DNA of 64,000 nucleotides from an uncultured delta proteobacterium (GTDB lineage: Bacteria > Desulfobacterota > Desulfomonilia > UBA1062). The position numbers and the translations under genes are program-made. Location of the stretch: positions 32,001-96,000 of the forward strand of contig CAVVYZ010000022.1 of assembly GCA_963752595.1 (NCBI GenBank), in the 5' to 3' direction. Below are positions 44,996 through 58,009 of the stretch, in pieces. The notes under the pieces are model-generated. The model had not been told where the DNA came from and did no database searches. It saw only the letters and a program-made list of their open reading frames with translations. How positions within the stretch are numbered: the first letter of the stretch is position 1; the number at the start of each line of letters is the position of its first letter.

Positions 44996-46233
44996 GCAGA
45001 GCCGGTGCTTCGCTTCATCTCTTTGAAGGATACGGCATCGAGCTTGAATACATGATCGTCGACCGGATAAGCTTGGATGTCCTTCCCGTGTCCGATAAGG
45101 TGCTTGCACGCGTTGCCCATGAATTTACGAACGAGGCGGATATGGGCAGGCTTGCGTGGTCCAACGAGATCGTGCTCCACGTCATCGAGCTCAAAACAAA
45201 CGGCCCGGTACAATCCTTCGAGGATCTGCCGGAACTTTTCAGGCAGGACATTGGTCACATCAATACGATCCTCGAACCCACGGGCGGCCTGCTCATGCCC
45301 ACCGGGATGCACCCGTGGATGGACCCGCGCACCAAGACAAAGCTCTGGCCCCATGAGAACGAAATTATTTATACCTCGTACGACCGTATCTTCGGAACCG
45401 GAGGCCACGGATGGTCGAACCTTCAGAGCATGCACCTCAACCTCCCCTTCCAGGGCGATGAAGAGTTCGTCCGGCTGCATGCCGCCATACGGCTCGTTCT
45501 TCCCCTTCTCCCTGCCCTGGCTGCAAGCACCCCGATAGTCGGCGGGTCGGCTACCCCCCTGAAGGATAACCGGCTGGAGGCATACCGGCATAACCAGGAG
45601 AAGATACCGTCGATCACAGGGCTCATCATACCCGAGGCTGTGCGGAGCATTGATGAGTACCGGAGCCTGATCCTCGAACCCATGTACCGCGACATCGCAC
45701 CCTACGATCCCGGGGGCGTGCTTCAGCATGAGTGGCTCAACTCGCGTGGTGCCATTCCCCGGTTCGAGAGAAACACTATCGAGATCCGCGTCATTGATGT
45801 CCAGGAGTGCCCTCTGGCCGACATCGCGGTAGCGTCTTTCGTATCTTCGGTGGTCAAGTCCCTTGTTGCAGAAAAGTGGTCCGGGCTCGAGGACCAGATG
45901 GCGATACCCACTGAAGATCTCTCGGATATCTTTCTCGGGACGGTGCGTCTGGCAGAAGGATACGAGGTTGACGGGCATGCCTATGCGCCCCTCTTCGGCA
46001 TTCAGCCGGGCATGCAGAGGCCGGCTGCCGGGACTGTATGGAAGCACCTTCTGGAAAGCTGCATGGATCTTTCATCCTGGGAGTACCCTGTTCTGGAAAC
46101 CATGCTCTCTCACGGCAGCCTCTCTACCCGCATCCTTAAACAACTCGGCAGCGGATTCTCAAAGAACGGGCTGAAAGCCCTTTATGGAAAGCTCTGCAGG
46201 AGTTTAAGCAGAAATGAACTGTTCATCCCCTGA
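44992..46233 (+). CDS. Glutamate--cysteine ligase family 2 (GCS2, carboxylate-amine ligase)
   Basis: GIELEYMIVD, HVIELKT, PTGMHP, SMHLNLP, NSRGAIPRF, IEIRVIDVQE. Confidence 0.88.
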   Translation: MSRAGASLHLFEGYGIELEYMIVDRISLDVLPVSDKVLARVAHEFTNEADMGRLAWSNEIVLHVIELKTNGPVQSFEDLPELFRQDIGHINTILEPTGGLLMPTGMHPWMDPRTKTKLWPHENEIIYTSYDRIFGTGGHGWSNLQSMHLNLPFQGDEEFVRLHAAIRLVLPLLPALAASTPIVGGSATPLKDNRLEAYRHNQEKIPSITGLIIPEAVRSIDEYRSLILEPMYRDIAPYDPGGVLQHEWLNSRGAIPRFERNTIEIRVIDVQECPLADIAVASFVSSVVKSLVAEKWSGLEDQMAIPTEDLSDIFLGTVRLAEGYEVDGHAYAPLFGIQPGMQRPAAGTVWKHLLESCMDLSSWEYPVLETMLSHGSLSTRILKQLGSGFSKNGLKALYGKLCRSLSRNELFIP

Positions 46234-46948
46234 CCGCTCCGGCCTCGTCATAACCTGCGAACATGCAGGCAATGGTATCCCTCAGGAGTTTTCCCGTATC
46301 TTTGCCGGGTCTGAAAATCTCCTGAATACCCACCGAGGGTATGACATCGGTGCACGTGAACTTGCCGACGCCCTTGGAAAAATATTTACGGTCTACGTGT
46401 TCTCCTCGCCCGTGAGCAGGCTCCTGGTGGATCTCAACAGGAGCCTGTCGAGCCGCACCCTCTTTCCACCCGTTACCCGTAACCTGCCGCAGAAAGAAAG
46501 AGAAGCGATCGTCAGGGACTACTACCTTCCCTACCGGGCACATGTTGAAGAACATATCAAGGCCCTGGCCTACTCAGGGAAATTTGTTCTGCACATATCC
46601 CTGCACACGTTTACCCCGGTGCTGCATGGTGTTGAGAGAAAGGCGGACATAGCATTTCTCTATGACCCGGAGAGGCCATCCGAATGCTGTTTAAGCTCCC
46701 GCATGGCAGAACACGCCCGAGGGGCAGCACAGGAGTACACCGTCCGGAGGAACTATCCATACCGGGGAGTTTCGGATTCATTCACCACACATTTGAGGAA
46801 ACACTATCCTCAGCACGTCTATGCAGGCATCGAGATCGAGGTAAACCAGAAGTACTGCCTGCCCGGCGATCCCCGCCGCATTTTCATCCGCCGCGTTCTT
46901 GCCGGGTGCATAACGCATGCTCTATCCCCTGTTCCTTCCTTCACATAG
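46214..46948 (+). CDS. N-formylglutamate amidohydrolase family protein
   Basis: ITCEHAGN, HRGYDIGA, SRLLVDLNRS, YYLPYR, SLHTFTP, NYPY, IEIEVNQ. Confidence 0.88.
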   Translation: MNCSSPDRSGLVITCEHAGNGIPQEFSRIFAGSENLLNTHRGYDIGARELADALGKIFTVYVFSSPVSRLLVDLNRSLSSRTLFPPVTRNLPQKEREAIVRDYYLPYRAHVEEHIKALAYSGKFVLHISLHTFTPVLHGVERKADIAFLYDPERPSECCLSSRMAEHARGAAQEYTVRRNYPYRGVSDSFTTHLRKHYPQHVYAGIEIEVNQKYCLPGDPRRIFIRRVLAGCITHALSPVPSFT

Positions 46949-47100
46949 AAGGAATGCTCCTGGACTCCATGAAGTGGAGTTGTGAATCATAAGCAGTAGA
47001 TTACTATTGTTTTATTGAGGCGAATAGTTCCCTGATCCGGATTTTACTAATGTTTCGATCAGCCAAGAGTACAATTCCCCGGCAGGAGGGTAATCTTCCC

Positions 47101-49360
47101 GTGTGGTTTAAATGGTTCCCCTGGAAGTATATGGTGAGCCGCCTGGCAAGGTCTGGAGGTTTCATAGACCCGGTCAAGATCCTCTTCAGGGTCGAGGCCT
47201 TTTCACAGCCCATGGATATCCAGAAGCCTCTGGAGATGCTCAGGTCCGGGATGGCCTTCCATGCACGGGGCATCCTGAACACGAGCGCCATCCAGCATAA
47301 TCTCGACTGGATATGGCCTTACTGGGTGGAGCGCCAGTACAACCCGCTCGACATATCCTTTGTCCCGAGGTCTTTTCTGCTGACCCATATCAATCTCACC
47401 CAGAGGAACTGGACCACCATAGGTTTGCCGGATTGCGACAACTTCTGCATCGTGGATCCCAAAGGCCTGCTTACCCCTTTCTGGGACAGCTGGTCTATCG
47501 ATGCATGGATCGTCGCTCAGGACGGAGCAGGCCTTTACCCGTCCCGCGTTCTCAACTCGGACCAGCGGCTCGATCTCGAGACAGGCCTTGCCGTGGAGAC
47601 TCACAGCCGGGTCCTGGGAATGGACCTCAAAAACCACCAGGAGGTGCATCTTCTGGGGGGTGTTCCTACCTGTGTGATGGACCTCCATGCCAGGAGCAAG
47701 GGCGATTCCTGGCTGGTGGTTTCCATACGGCCGTACAATCCCGAAGGTGTCAGCTTCATCTCCACGAATATCCCTGGGAGAGGATGCATCAGTCCTGAAA
47801 GTAGACGGGCACCGGGAGGTACGCCTCGATCCGCCCCCGAGGCATCACCGGTTTTCCTATTACCGCCATGGCGACGTCCACACGCGCCTCTTCGAAGACA
47901 GGAACGAGACCGAAGTTACCTGCAATGTCGGCATGGCAAGTGCTGCTGCGCTGTATCCCATAAGCCGGGACAAGGAAACGCACGTCAGGGTAAAGGTCCC
48001 GCTGGCGACGGAACATGAAAGAAAAAAGAGCTGTTCCCTGCCGGTGAGCTGGGAACATGCCCTCAAGGGGTTCACTTCATTCAGTCTCCCGGAAAAGAGG
48101 TTCCAGGATCTCTTCGAAGGATCCATCCGCGCCCTTGTCCTCCTGAGTCCCAACGGTATCGTATACCCAGGGCCGTATACGTACAAACGGTTCTGGTTCA
48201 GGGATGCTGCATTCATCCTCAATGCATTGCTGTGCCTCGGCCTGTTCGACAGGGTGGAGAAGGTCCTCGACAGCTATCCCGGAAGGCAGATCGCCAACGG
48301 GTTCTATCTCTCGCAGGAGGGCGAATGGGATTCCAACGGTGAGGCCCTCTGGATCATCAGGAGATATTGCGAACTCACCGGAAGGCCGCCGAAAGCATCG
48401 TGGCACCACTCGATACTCAAAGGCGCACGCTGGATATTGAACAAGCGCCTTTCAACGGATATCGACGAGCTCCATGCAGGATTGTTCCCCCCGGGTTTCA
48501 GCGCAGAGCATCTGGGGCCGAACGATTACTACTACTGGGACAATTTCTGGGGCGTGGCAGGCCTGCAGGCTGCAGCAGACCTCCTCGAATCGTATGAAGA
48601 TTTCAGAAAGGCCGACCGGCTCCGGGATGAATCGAACTTCTTTCTCAAGGCCGTGGAGAAGAGCCTGGCTCGTGTAGCCGATCATCTGGGGCGGCCGGGC
48701 ATACCTGCCTCTCCCTATCGCCGCCTGGATTCCGGGGCAATCGGCTCGCTCGTATCGGGTTACCCGCTGCAGATATTCCCGCCCAAAGATCGACGGCTCA
48801 TGGACACCGTTGATTTCCTTCTGGAAGGCTGCCTCGTCAACGACGGGTTTTTCCTCGACATCATCCATTCCGGGATAAACCCTTATCTGACGCTTCACCT
48901 TGCCCAGGCACTCATGCGGGCCGGCCGTATCGGCAGCCTTGACCTTTACCGCACCGTGGCCGATCTGGCATCGCCGACCGGGCGATGGCCGGAGGCAATC
49001 CACCCGCGTACCCTGGGCGGGTGCATGGGGGACGGCGATCATGCTTGGGCTGCAGCTGAATGGATCCTCATGATGCGCAACAGCTTCATCCGGGAGGAAG
49101 GCAATAAGATCGTCCTGGGCTCGGGTATTTTTCCTTCCTGGTACCGCAGGAACGATAAGATTTCTTTCGGCCCGGCGCCTACGCCTTTCGGGGAAATGAT
49201 AGTGAGGATCGAACCGAAAACGCAAGGCCTCCTGGTGACATGGGAGGGATCATGGCGCACGTGCCCCCCTTCCCTTGAGATATCCATCCCGGGCTTCGAC
49301 TCCGTAGTCCCGGGCCCGGAGGAAACCGTCGTAATGCTCACCTGGAAAGGGGAAGAATGA
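47101..49360 (+). CDS. Uncharacterised protein with a six-hairpin (alpha/alpha)6 glycosidase-like C-terminal domain; frameshift near 47765
   Basis: GTG start behind AGGAGG; ORFs 47050..48018 and 47687..49360 join near 47765; PGPYTYKRFWFRDAA, EWDSNGEALW, YWDNFW, WPEAIHP, HAWAAAE motifs. Confidence 0.7.
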
Positions 49361-51402
49361 ACATCCTGATGTTTACGAACACGTACCTTCCCCACGTGGG
49401 CGGCGTCGCAAGGAGCGTCCATAGTTTTGTCGAGGCCCTCAAAAAACAGGGGCATAGGGTCAGGGTGGTTGCCCCGTATTTCGAAGAAACTATTCTCACA
49501 GAGATCGATATTTTCAGAATACCTGCCATAAAGAACTTCAATAGATCAGGATTCTCGGTTCCCCTTTTTGCACCGGGCATGATTTCCAAAGCGGTTAAGG
49601 GGTTCAACCCGGATATCATTCATTCCCACCACCCCTTTCTTCTGGGAAACACTGCACTGAGGTATGCATCCTTTTTCCATGTGCCCATCGTGTTTACCCA
49701 TCACACCCTCTATGAACGCTATACCCATTATATACCCGGGGATTCGGTTCTGCTGAGAAGGTTTGCCGTAAGCCTTGCAACGTTCTACTGCAACAAATGC
49801 GATACGGTCATAGCTCCCAGCACATCGGTGGCTTCAATGATCTCCCAACGCGGGGTCCGCTCGCCGATAGATGTCATACCGACCGGCGTGAACAAGGACC
49901 GCTTTTCCAAAGGTGACGCCGCACTGTTGAAAAAACTGATCGGGATTCCCGAGAATGCCTACGTAATCGGCCACGTGGGCAGGCTCGCGAAAGAGAAGAA
50001 CCTTGAATACCTGGCTCTGGCCTTGTCCCACTACCTGCGCGCGAATCCCGATGACCATGTCATAATCGCCGGTGCAGGTCCCATGGAAGAATACCTGAGA
50101 AAGCTGTTTGCACACCACGGCCTCAACAGAAGGCTCCACATGCTGGGGATCCTGGGCGAAGACGAGCTCCCCTCCGTATACCGGGCCATGAACGTGTTCG
50201 CCTTCTCATCCCAGAGTGAAACGCAGGGACTGGTCATTACCGAGGCAATGGCCTCCGGTGTACCGGTTGTGGCCCTCAACGGGCCCGGGGTCAGCGATGT
50301 GGTGAAAGACCATGTGAATGGAAGGCTGATAACCGGTACGGATATCAGCGATTTCATTACCGCGCTCCAGTGGATGAAATCACTGGGACCCGAAGGGAAA
50401 ATGAACATAAAGGAAGCAGTTCACGACACAGCTGCGGAGTTCGATATGGACAGGAGCGTCGAAAAACTCCTCGTGCTCTACGGCTCCCTCCGGCAGGAAG
50501 TTTCGAGGGCTGCTTCCCCTATGACTGCGTACAGGGACATGCTCCTGACCCACGGCCGTATCATGGAGAGTTCATTATCTGCCTTGATCCATGCAGTTAC
50601 GCCGATATCGCGGGAGGTGTACTCCTGCCGGGACAATATCCCCGAAGACATGGAGATCCAGACCCTTCTGGCCCAGCATTCCGGAATAAGGGCACGCATC
50701 ATAGGATACGCCCTATCGTTTTATATCAGACTGCAGAAAACATCCTGGCATAAGCATCAGGAAGGGCTCGAGTACCTGAAGGCACAGCTCGGACAGGAGG
50801 AGCCTGTTCTCGTATCCTTCTGGCACGGTAAGTACCTGCCGCTCTTTGCCCTGCTCGAGGGACTGCATGGATGCATCTTCGCCAGCTGTTCATTCAGGGG
50901 AGAGGTCGTTGCCGAGATATGCAGGAGGTTCGGCTATGAATGCATCCTCATCCCCGAGCACGCTAGGAGCAGGGCAGTAGATATCATGGCCAAATCCATC
51001 CTCCACTACGGCACAGGAGCAGTGGCTGCCGATGGCCCACGGGGGCCAGGAAGGGTATTCAAGCGGGGGTCTGTACAGCTTTCCTCCGAACTGGGGATGA
51101 CCGTCATCCCGGTATCGGTAGCCGTATATCCCAAGATCGTTGCAAAAAAACGGTGGGACCGCTACGAGGCCCCCCTGCCCTTCGGCCATGTCTATCTCAA
51201 GGTTGGAAAAGGCATACCGGTGCCTGTGGGATTGAAATCGAACGAGATCGATTCCTGGTCGCTCCGGCTGAAAAAAGCGCTGGATGAAGTGGATGAAAGT
51301 GCTGAAGAGGGCTTACGGTCACTCGCTTTTCAACACAAGGGGATAATTCATGTCGAAAGATTATTACGAGATACTGGGCGTATCAAAGAATGCATCCGGT
51401 AA
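49357..51402 (+). CDS. GT4 glycosyltransferase (diacylglycerol glucosyltransferase-like) fused to a DUF374/LpxJ-like acyltransferase domain
   Basis: N-terminal [53 protein letters not shown]; C-terminal [28 protein letters not shown]. Confidence 0.82.
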   Translation: MNILMFTNTYLPHVGGVARSVHSFVEALKKQGHRVRVVAPYFEETILTEIDIFRIPAIKNFNRSGFSVPLFAPGMISKAVKGFNPDIIHSHHPFLLGNTALRYASFFHVPIVFTHHTLYERYTHYIPGDSVLLRRFAVSLATFYCNKCDTVIAPSTSVASMISQRGVRSPIDVIPTGVNKDRFSKGDAALLKKLIGIPENAYVIGHVGRLAKEKNLEYLALALSHYLRANPDDHVIIAGAGPMEEYLRKLFAHHGLNRRLHMLGILGEDELPSVYRAMNVFAFSSQSETQGLVITEAMASGVPVVALNGPGVSDVVKDHVNGRLITGTDISDFITALQWMKSLGPEGKMNIKEAVHDTAAEFDMDRSVEKLLVLYGSLRQEVSRAASPMTAYRDMLLTHGRIMESSLSALIHAVTPISREVYSCRDNIPEDMEIQTLLAQHSGIRARIIGYALSFYIRLQKTSWHKHQEGLEYLKAQLGQEEPVLVSFWHGKYLPLFALLEGLHGCIFASCSFRGEVVAEICRRFGYECILIPEHARSRAVDIMAKSILHYGTGAVAADGPRGPGRVFKRGSVQLSSELGMTVIPVSVAVYPKIVAKKRWDRYEAPLPFGHVYLKVGKGIPVPVGLKSNEIDSWSLRLKKALDEVDESAEEGLRSLAFQHKGIIHVERLLRDTGRIKECIR

Positions 51403-52483
51403 AAATATCCGTGAGGCATACCGGAAGCTTTCCAGGAAGTGGCATCCGGACGTGAACCCCGGGAACAAACAGGCCGAAGAAAAGTTTAAGGAAATCAGCA
51501 ATGCCTATGATGTATTGAGCAATGATGATAAACGCAAGCTTTATGATGAATTCGGTGAAGAGGGATTGAAGCAGGGTTTTAATCCGGAAGGCGCACGACA
51601 GTACAAGCAGTGGTCCGGCAGGCGGGAACGTGGAGGAAGGCCCGGTGGTGAGGAGTACGGCAGGTATCACAGCTTTGAGGACCTTTTCGGAGGCGCGTTC
51701 GATTTCGGCTTCGAGCGAGGAGGTCCGGCCTCTGCCCAGGCTTATCAGGGAAGCGATATTGAATCGAGCATTACCATCGATTTCATCACGGCTCTGAAAG
51801 GGATGACGACGGAGATTTCGATGAACAAGGCAAAATCCTGCCCGACCTGCAGCGGCACAGGGATCGATCCGCATTCCGGCCTTTCAACCTGCACGGTCTG
51901 CGGCGGAAACGGCCGTATCAACGTTGCAAGAGGTCCCATGGAATTCACCAAGACATGTCCCCGATGCAACGGGAGCGGCCGTGTCGGAAAGGAATGCCCC
52001 ACCTGTCTGGGCAGAGGCATAATCGAGGGGCTGGAAAGGATCAATGTCGTTATTCCCCCGGGCGTTAAAGACAGTTTCAAGCTCAGGATCTCCGGGAAAG
52101 GAGAGCCGGGCGGGCCGAAGGGGAAGCCGGGCGACCTGTACCTCACGGTCCATGTAGCAGAACACCCGTTGTTGAAGCGTGAGGACGACAATCTTGCCAT
52201 GGAGGTGCCCATCACCGTCGGCGAAGCCATGGAAGGAGGAACCATTACCGTGCCTACCCCGGAAGGCCGGATCAATGTCAAGATACCCCCGAAGAGCCAG
52301 AGCGGGCAGAGGTTAAAAATACGGGGCAAAGGCGCCCCAAACCCTAAGACCAAACAGCGGGGAGATCTCTTCATCAAACTCCTGATCAAGGTTCCCAGGA
52401 CAGAGAACAAAGAAGCCCTTGAAGCTGCTGAAAAGATCGATTCCCTCTACACCGAAAACGTGAGGGAGGACATCAGGCTGTAG
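51350..52483 (+). CDS. dnaJ: DnaJ-family chaperone (J domain, four CxxCxGxG repeats)
   Basis: [49 protein letters not shown]; may be a secondary paralogue. Confidence 0.9.
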   Translation: MSKDYYEILGVSKNASGKNIREAYRKLSRKWHPDVNPGNKQAEEKFKEISNAYDVLSNDDKRKLYDEFGEEGLKQGFNPEGARQYKQWSGRRERGGRPGGEEYGRYHSFEDLFGGAFDFGFERGGPASAQAYQGSDIESSITIDFITALKGMTTEISMNKAKSCPTCSGTGIDPHSGLSTCTVCGGNGRINVARGPMEFTKTCPRCNGSGRVGKECPTCLGRGIIEGLERINVVIPPGVKDSFKLRISGKGEPGGPKGKPGDLYLTVHVAEHPLLKREDDNLAMEVPITVGEAMEGGTITVPTPEGRINVKIPPKSQSGQRLKIRGKGAPNPKTKQRGDLFIKLLIKVPRTENKEALEAAEKIDSLYTENVREDIRL

Positions 52484-52488
52484 GATAG

Positions 52489-52809
52489 TTATCTCTCCTG
52501 CCTGCTGAGCAGCTCCCGGAATTCATCTACCAGGTTTTTGAGGATATCATCGAACTGGCACCTCATCTCAATCATGTTCTGTCTCATCCGGAGTATTACC
52601 TCGATACCCGGGAGATTTATATCCATGTCCTCGATGAGGGTCTTCGCTACCTGAAGCTTTTCGACCTCCGATGACGGCAGGAGTTTGTCACTTCCTTTCT
52701 CGTCACGGCAGAAAGAGATGATCTGTTCCTTCTCCAGGGTAGTGATAAATTCTTCTCGAACTTCCAAAATCTCAACGATCTCACTGACGCTCCAGAATTC
52801 TTTCTCCAT
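52489..52809 (-). CDS. MerR-like chaperone modulator (CbpM/HspR type)
   Basis: EVEKLQVAKTLIEDMDINLPGIEVILRMR matches the CbpM/HspR pattern; next to dnaJ. Confidence 0.75.
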   Translation of the reverse strand: MEKEFWSVSEIVEILEVREEFITTLEKEQIISFCRDEKGSDKLLPSSEVEKLQVAKTLIEDMDINLPGIEVILRMRQNMIEMRCQFDDILKNLVDEFRELLSRQER

Positions 52810-53018
52810 CTCATTCCTCCGATCGTATCAGGACCGCTTGAACCCTGATGAGCCAGGCCGTCGATGGATGCATCATGGCAATTAAATAAAAATAAATTTA
52901 ATTACCGGCCATATACTGTACGATATGAATATCATGTTCTTAATCAAGGGTGCATGGACGACGTAATGAGCATAAATTCTTGTATCTTCATTCTTTCCAC
53001 GATAGGATTCTCCTCCGC

Positions 53019-55031
53019 ATGGAAACGGTTTTCTTAAGCGACCTCATCACTGTCTTTGCGCTCTCCATAGCGGTGCTCCTGCTTTTTCTACGCCTGCGCG
53101 TCCCCTCCATCATAGGGTTTCTCCTCACCGGAATACTCGCCGGGCCTTCGGGACTGAAGCTCATACAGTCAGGGCATCAGGTCGAGCTCGTCTCGGATTT
53201 CGGGGTAGTCCTTCTGCTCTTTACCATCGGCATCGAGTTCTCGCTTAAAGGGCTTCTCCAGATAAAGAAATACGTGTTCCTCGGCGGAACATTCCAGATG
53301 GCCCTCACCTCGATCCTCTGCTTTGCGGCAGCGCAATACATGGGGCTCGGGGTTTCTGAGGGGATCTTCGTATCCCTGCTCGTATCGTTGAGCTCTACTG
53401 CAATCGTGCTCAAGATCCTTGATGAGCGGGCAGAGACGACTTCTCCCCAGGGAAGGAACACGCTGGCCATCCTTATTTTCCAGGACATCTCGGTTCTGGC
53501 GATCATGCTCGCAATCCCTTTCCTGGCCGGTTCCTCTGCAGAGCTTCATGAATCCCCCGGAATGTTCCTGGGGAAAGGCCTGGCATTGATCGCGCTCTTT
53601 TTCCTCGGGTACAAGTGGATTGTGCCCGGACTCCTGAGCCTGGTTGCAAAAACCCGCAATCATGAGCTTTTCCTCATGAGCATCATCCTGATCTGTCTGA
53701 GTGTTGCCTGGCTCACCTATTCGCTGGGCCTGTCGCTGGCCCTGGGAGCGTTTCTCGCAGGCCTCATCATTTCCGAATCGGAGTACAGCCACGACGCCCT
53801 GGGCCGCATCCTTCCTTTCCGGGATGTATTCGTGAGCGTCTTTTTCATCTCCATCGGCATGCTCCTCGATGTGTCATTCCTCGTTCAGCATCTTATGCTC
53901 ATCAGCCTGCTCGTAACAGGCATCATCCTGCTCAAATTTTTTACCGGATCCCTCGCGACATTCGGCCTCGGGTTTCCGCTCCGCATCAGCGTGCTGGTCG
54001 GCCTTGCGCTCGCGCAGGTGGGAGAATTCTCGTTCGTCCTGAGCAAGACGGGATACCATTACGGATTGATGAGCTTGAATCACTACCAGCTCTTCCTCGC
54101 CGCCACCCTCATCACCATGGCCGCGACACCGTTCATCATGAGCGCATCACCCAAGACAGCGGACTGGTTCATGAACCTCCCGCTTCCCGAGAGATTCAAG
54201 CATGCCATGATGCCGGTAAGTATCATGGCACTGAACGACGATGCCGCGAAGTTCACGGATCATCTCATCGTGGTGGGGTACGGCATCAACGGAAGGAATG
54301 TATCAAGGGCGGCCCGTATGGCGGGCATCCCGTACGTGATTCTGGAAATCAACCCGGATACGGTGCATTCCGAGCGTGAAGGAGGGGAGCCGATCTTTTA
54401 CGGTGATGCGACCCAGGAGGCAGTGCTCACTCATATCGGAATCAGCCGGGCGCGTGTCCTGGTCATAGCCATACCCGACGTTGCCGCAACACGGATGATC
54501 ACGTCCCTTGCAAAGGGACTCAATCCGAAGGTGCATATCATTGCCCGGACCCGGTTTGTCAGCGAGGTAAAGCCTCTTTATGAGCTGGGAGCGGACGAGG
54601 TCATCCCCGAAGAATATGAAACCTCCATCGAGATCTTCTCTCGCGCACTGTCGGAATACCTCATCCCCAGGGATGATATCGAGCGCATGATCGAAGAGCT
54701 CCGTTCCGGCGGCTACCAGATGCTCCGCACCCTCTCGGGAGATGCGACCGCCTCCTCCAATTTCGAGCTCTATATCCCGAACTTCAAGATCACTACCCTC
54801 AAAGTAAAGAAAACCTCCGCTGCAGCCGGCAAGAGCCTCACGGAGCTCGAACTCAGGAAGCGGTTCCGTGTCAGCATCCTGGCAATCCGGCGGGGCGATG
54901 AGACCATCCTCAACCCCGGCGGTGACGACATCCTGTGCCCATCTGACGATATCATCGTAACGGGCCAGATGGAGTGCATCCTGGACATCATCCCGCTTCT
55001 GCGGGCAGTCAATCGTGCTGACGAAGCATGA
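53019..55031 (+). CDS. CPA2 monovalent cation:proton antiporter with TrkA-N and TrkA-C domains (Kef-like)
   Basis: GVVLLLFTIGIEFS, LSSTAIVLK, ILIFQD, LGAFLAG, LAQVGEFSFV, VVGYGING, YGDAT, LAIRRG. Confidence 0.93.
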   Translation: METVFLSDLITVFALSIAVLLLFLRLRVPSIIGFLLTGILAGPSGLKLIQSGHQVELVSDFGVVLLLFTIGIEFSLKGLLQIKKYVFLGGTFQMALTSILCFAAAQYMGLGVSEGIFVSLLVSLSSTAIVLKILDERAETTSPQGRNTLAILIFQDISVLAIMLAIPFLAGSSAELHESPGMFLGKGLALIALFFLGYKWIVPGLLSLVAKTRNHELFLMSIILICLSVAWLTYSLGLSLALGAFLAGLIISESEYSHDALGRILPFRDVFVSVFFISIGMLLDVSFLVQHLMLISLLVTGIILLKFFTGSLATFGLGFPLRISVLVGLALAQVGEFSFVLSKTGYHYGLMSLNHYQLFLAATLITMAATPFIMSASPKTADWFMNLPLPERFKHAMMPVSIMALNDDAAKFTDHLIVVGYGINGRNVSRAARMAGIPYVILEINPDTVHSEREGGEPIFYGDATQEAVLTHIGISRARVLVIAIPDVAATRMITSLAKGLNPKVHIIARTRFVSEVKPLYELGADEVIPEEYETSIEIFSRALSEYLIPRDDIERMIEELRSGGYQMLRTLSGDATASSNFELYIPNFKITTLKVKKTSAAAGKSLTELELRKRFRVSILAIRRGDETILNPGGDDILCPSDDIIVTGQMECILDIIPLLRAVNRADEA

Positions 55032-55178
55032 AGTACGGGTGGTAAATCCGCATTCCCCGGATATGATAAATCGTGAGAAATTTGTCGTTATGGTATCTTT
55101 CCATTAATTATTGGAAGGCTGGTTTACCTTTTTAAGCCATATCTCTGGTTTTTCATGGCCTCCGGATGCAAATCGATA

Positions 55179-55207
55179 TTGACATGGAGTCTGTTTTCCC
55201 CTATCGA
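55179..55207 (+). promoter_or_regulatory. Sigma70-type promoter of groESL
   Basis: TTGACA-N17-TATCGA directly before the CIRCE element. Confidence 0.6.
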
Positions 55208-55210
55208 GTA

Positions 55211-55237
55211 CTAGCACTCAACAGTATCGAGTGCTAA
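55211..55237. promoter_or_regulatory. CIRCE element (HrcA operator)
   Basis: CTAGCACTC-N9-GAGTGCTAA, one mismatch to TTAGCACTC-N9-GAGTGCTAA, upstream of groES. Confidence 0.95.
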
Positions 55238-55260
55238 CAATTCATTTCAGGAGGTATCTA

Positions 55261-57221
<1,961 letters not shown>

Positions 57222-57245
57222 TCGGCAACAAAAAAATGTACAGAC

Positions 57246-57272
57246 AAGGGGGCTCTATGAGCCCCCTTTTTT
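57246..57272 (+). terminator. Intrinsic terminator of groESL
   Basis: AAGGGGGCTC-TAT-GAGCCCCCTT followed by a T run. Confidence 0.9.
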
Positions 57273-57434
57273 ATTTCTCAATGTTTCCGGTATCAATATT
57301 CAGTATTGTCCGCCTTGTTATTATTGCTTGTCAGGTTGAAAAGATCCGGTTATAGAGACAGGAGGCTCGAGGAAGGGCTATGCGAATTTGTCCGGACGTG
57401 TTTGATTACCCGAACGGCGAGATGTATCGGTTCG

Positions 57435-57923
57435 TCAATACTCTTTCACCGGGTTCAGGTTCAGCACGCGCCTGACGGCCACGAGCTCACCCACGTGAAA
57501 GGAGTTGTGGTCGGCAGCAAGGAGAATCTCCCTGAAGACCGTATAACCCTTTGCATGAGGGATCGGGTTGAAGAAATCGGTATGAGGGTCCTGAACGATC
57601 CCTTCAAGGGCACCGAGATCGCCCCGAATGTCACTGACCGTCTTTTCCCAGATCGCAGAAGTAGCCGTTTCATCGGTCCGGGGCCAGTATCCCACGGGAA
57701 AATCAGGCGAGATATAGTTCGGGTTCCTGACAAATTCCAGGATATCCAACTGGGCGATACGCATGTGTTCCAGGAGATGCCAGACCGTGTAGCTGCTGTG
57801 GGGGACCTTTGTATTGACGGCTTCCATGGGAAAGCCTGAGACCGCATCATCAAAACTCATGTGGGCATTTCCTCCCCGCAGGAGCGCGAGCAGTTGATCT
57901 CTGACTATTCTGCCGGTATCCAT
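57435..57923 (-). CDS. DinB family protein
   Basis: LLRGGNAHMSFDDAV, WHLLEHMRIAQLDILEF, ADHNSFHVGEL (His triad). Confidence 0.82.
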   Translation of the reverse strand: MDTGRIVRDQLLALLRGGNAHMSFDDAVSGFPMEAVNTKVPHSSYTVWHLLEHMRIAQLDILEFVRNPNYISPDFPVGYWPRTDETATSAIWEKTVSDIRGDLGALEGIVQDPHTDFFNPIPHAKGYTVFREILLAADHNSFHVGELVAVRRVLNLNPVKEY

Positions 57924-58009
57924 AGGCACCTCTTTCCCGAAACGATAAAGATCGGCTTCTCGAAGAATATAATATGCATGAAGCGGAGGTTTCCCACATA
58001 CGTGCCGGC

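Noticed and set aside
44683-46047. Long antisense ORFs (454 aa here; also 3214..4140, 13247..14251, 30326..31258)
   Set aside because: They shadow well-supported genes on the opposite strand, as expected with GC-rich codon usage, and show no family motifs.
42464-47100. Graspetide/RiPP cluster (ATP-grasp plus C39 peptidase)
   Set aside because: No precursor ORF with a double-glycine leader or repeated core was seen, the C39 is not transporter-fused, and the ligase is RLAN-RimK type.
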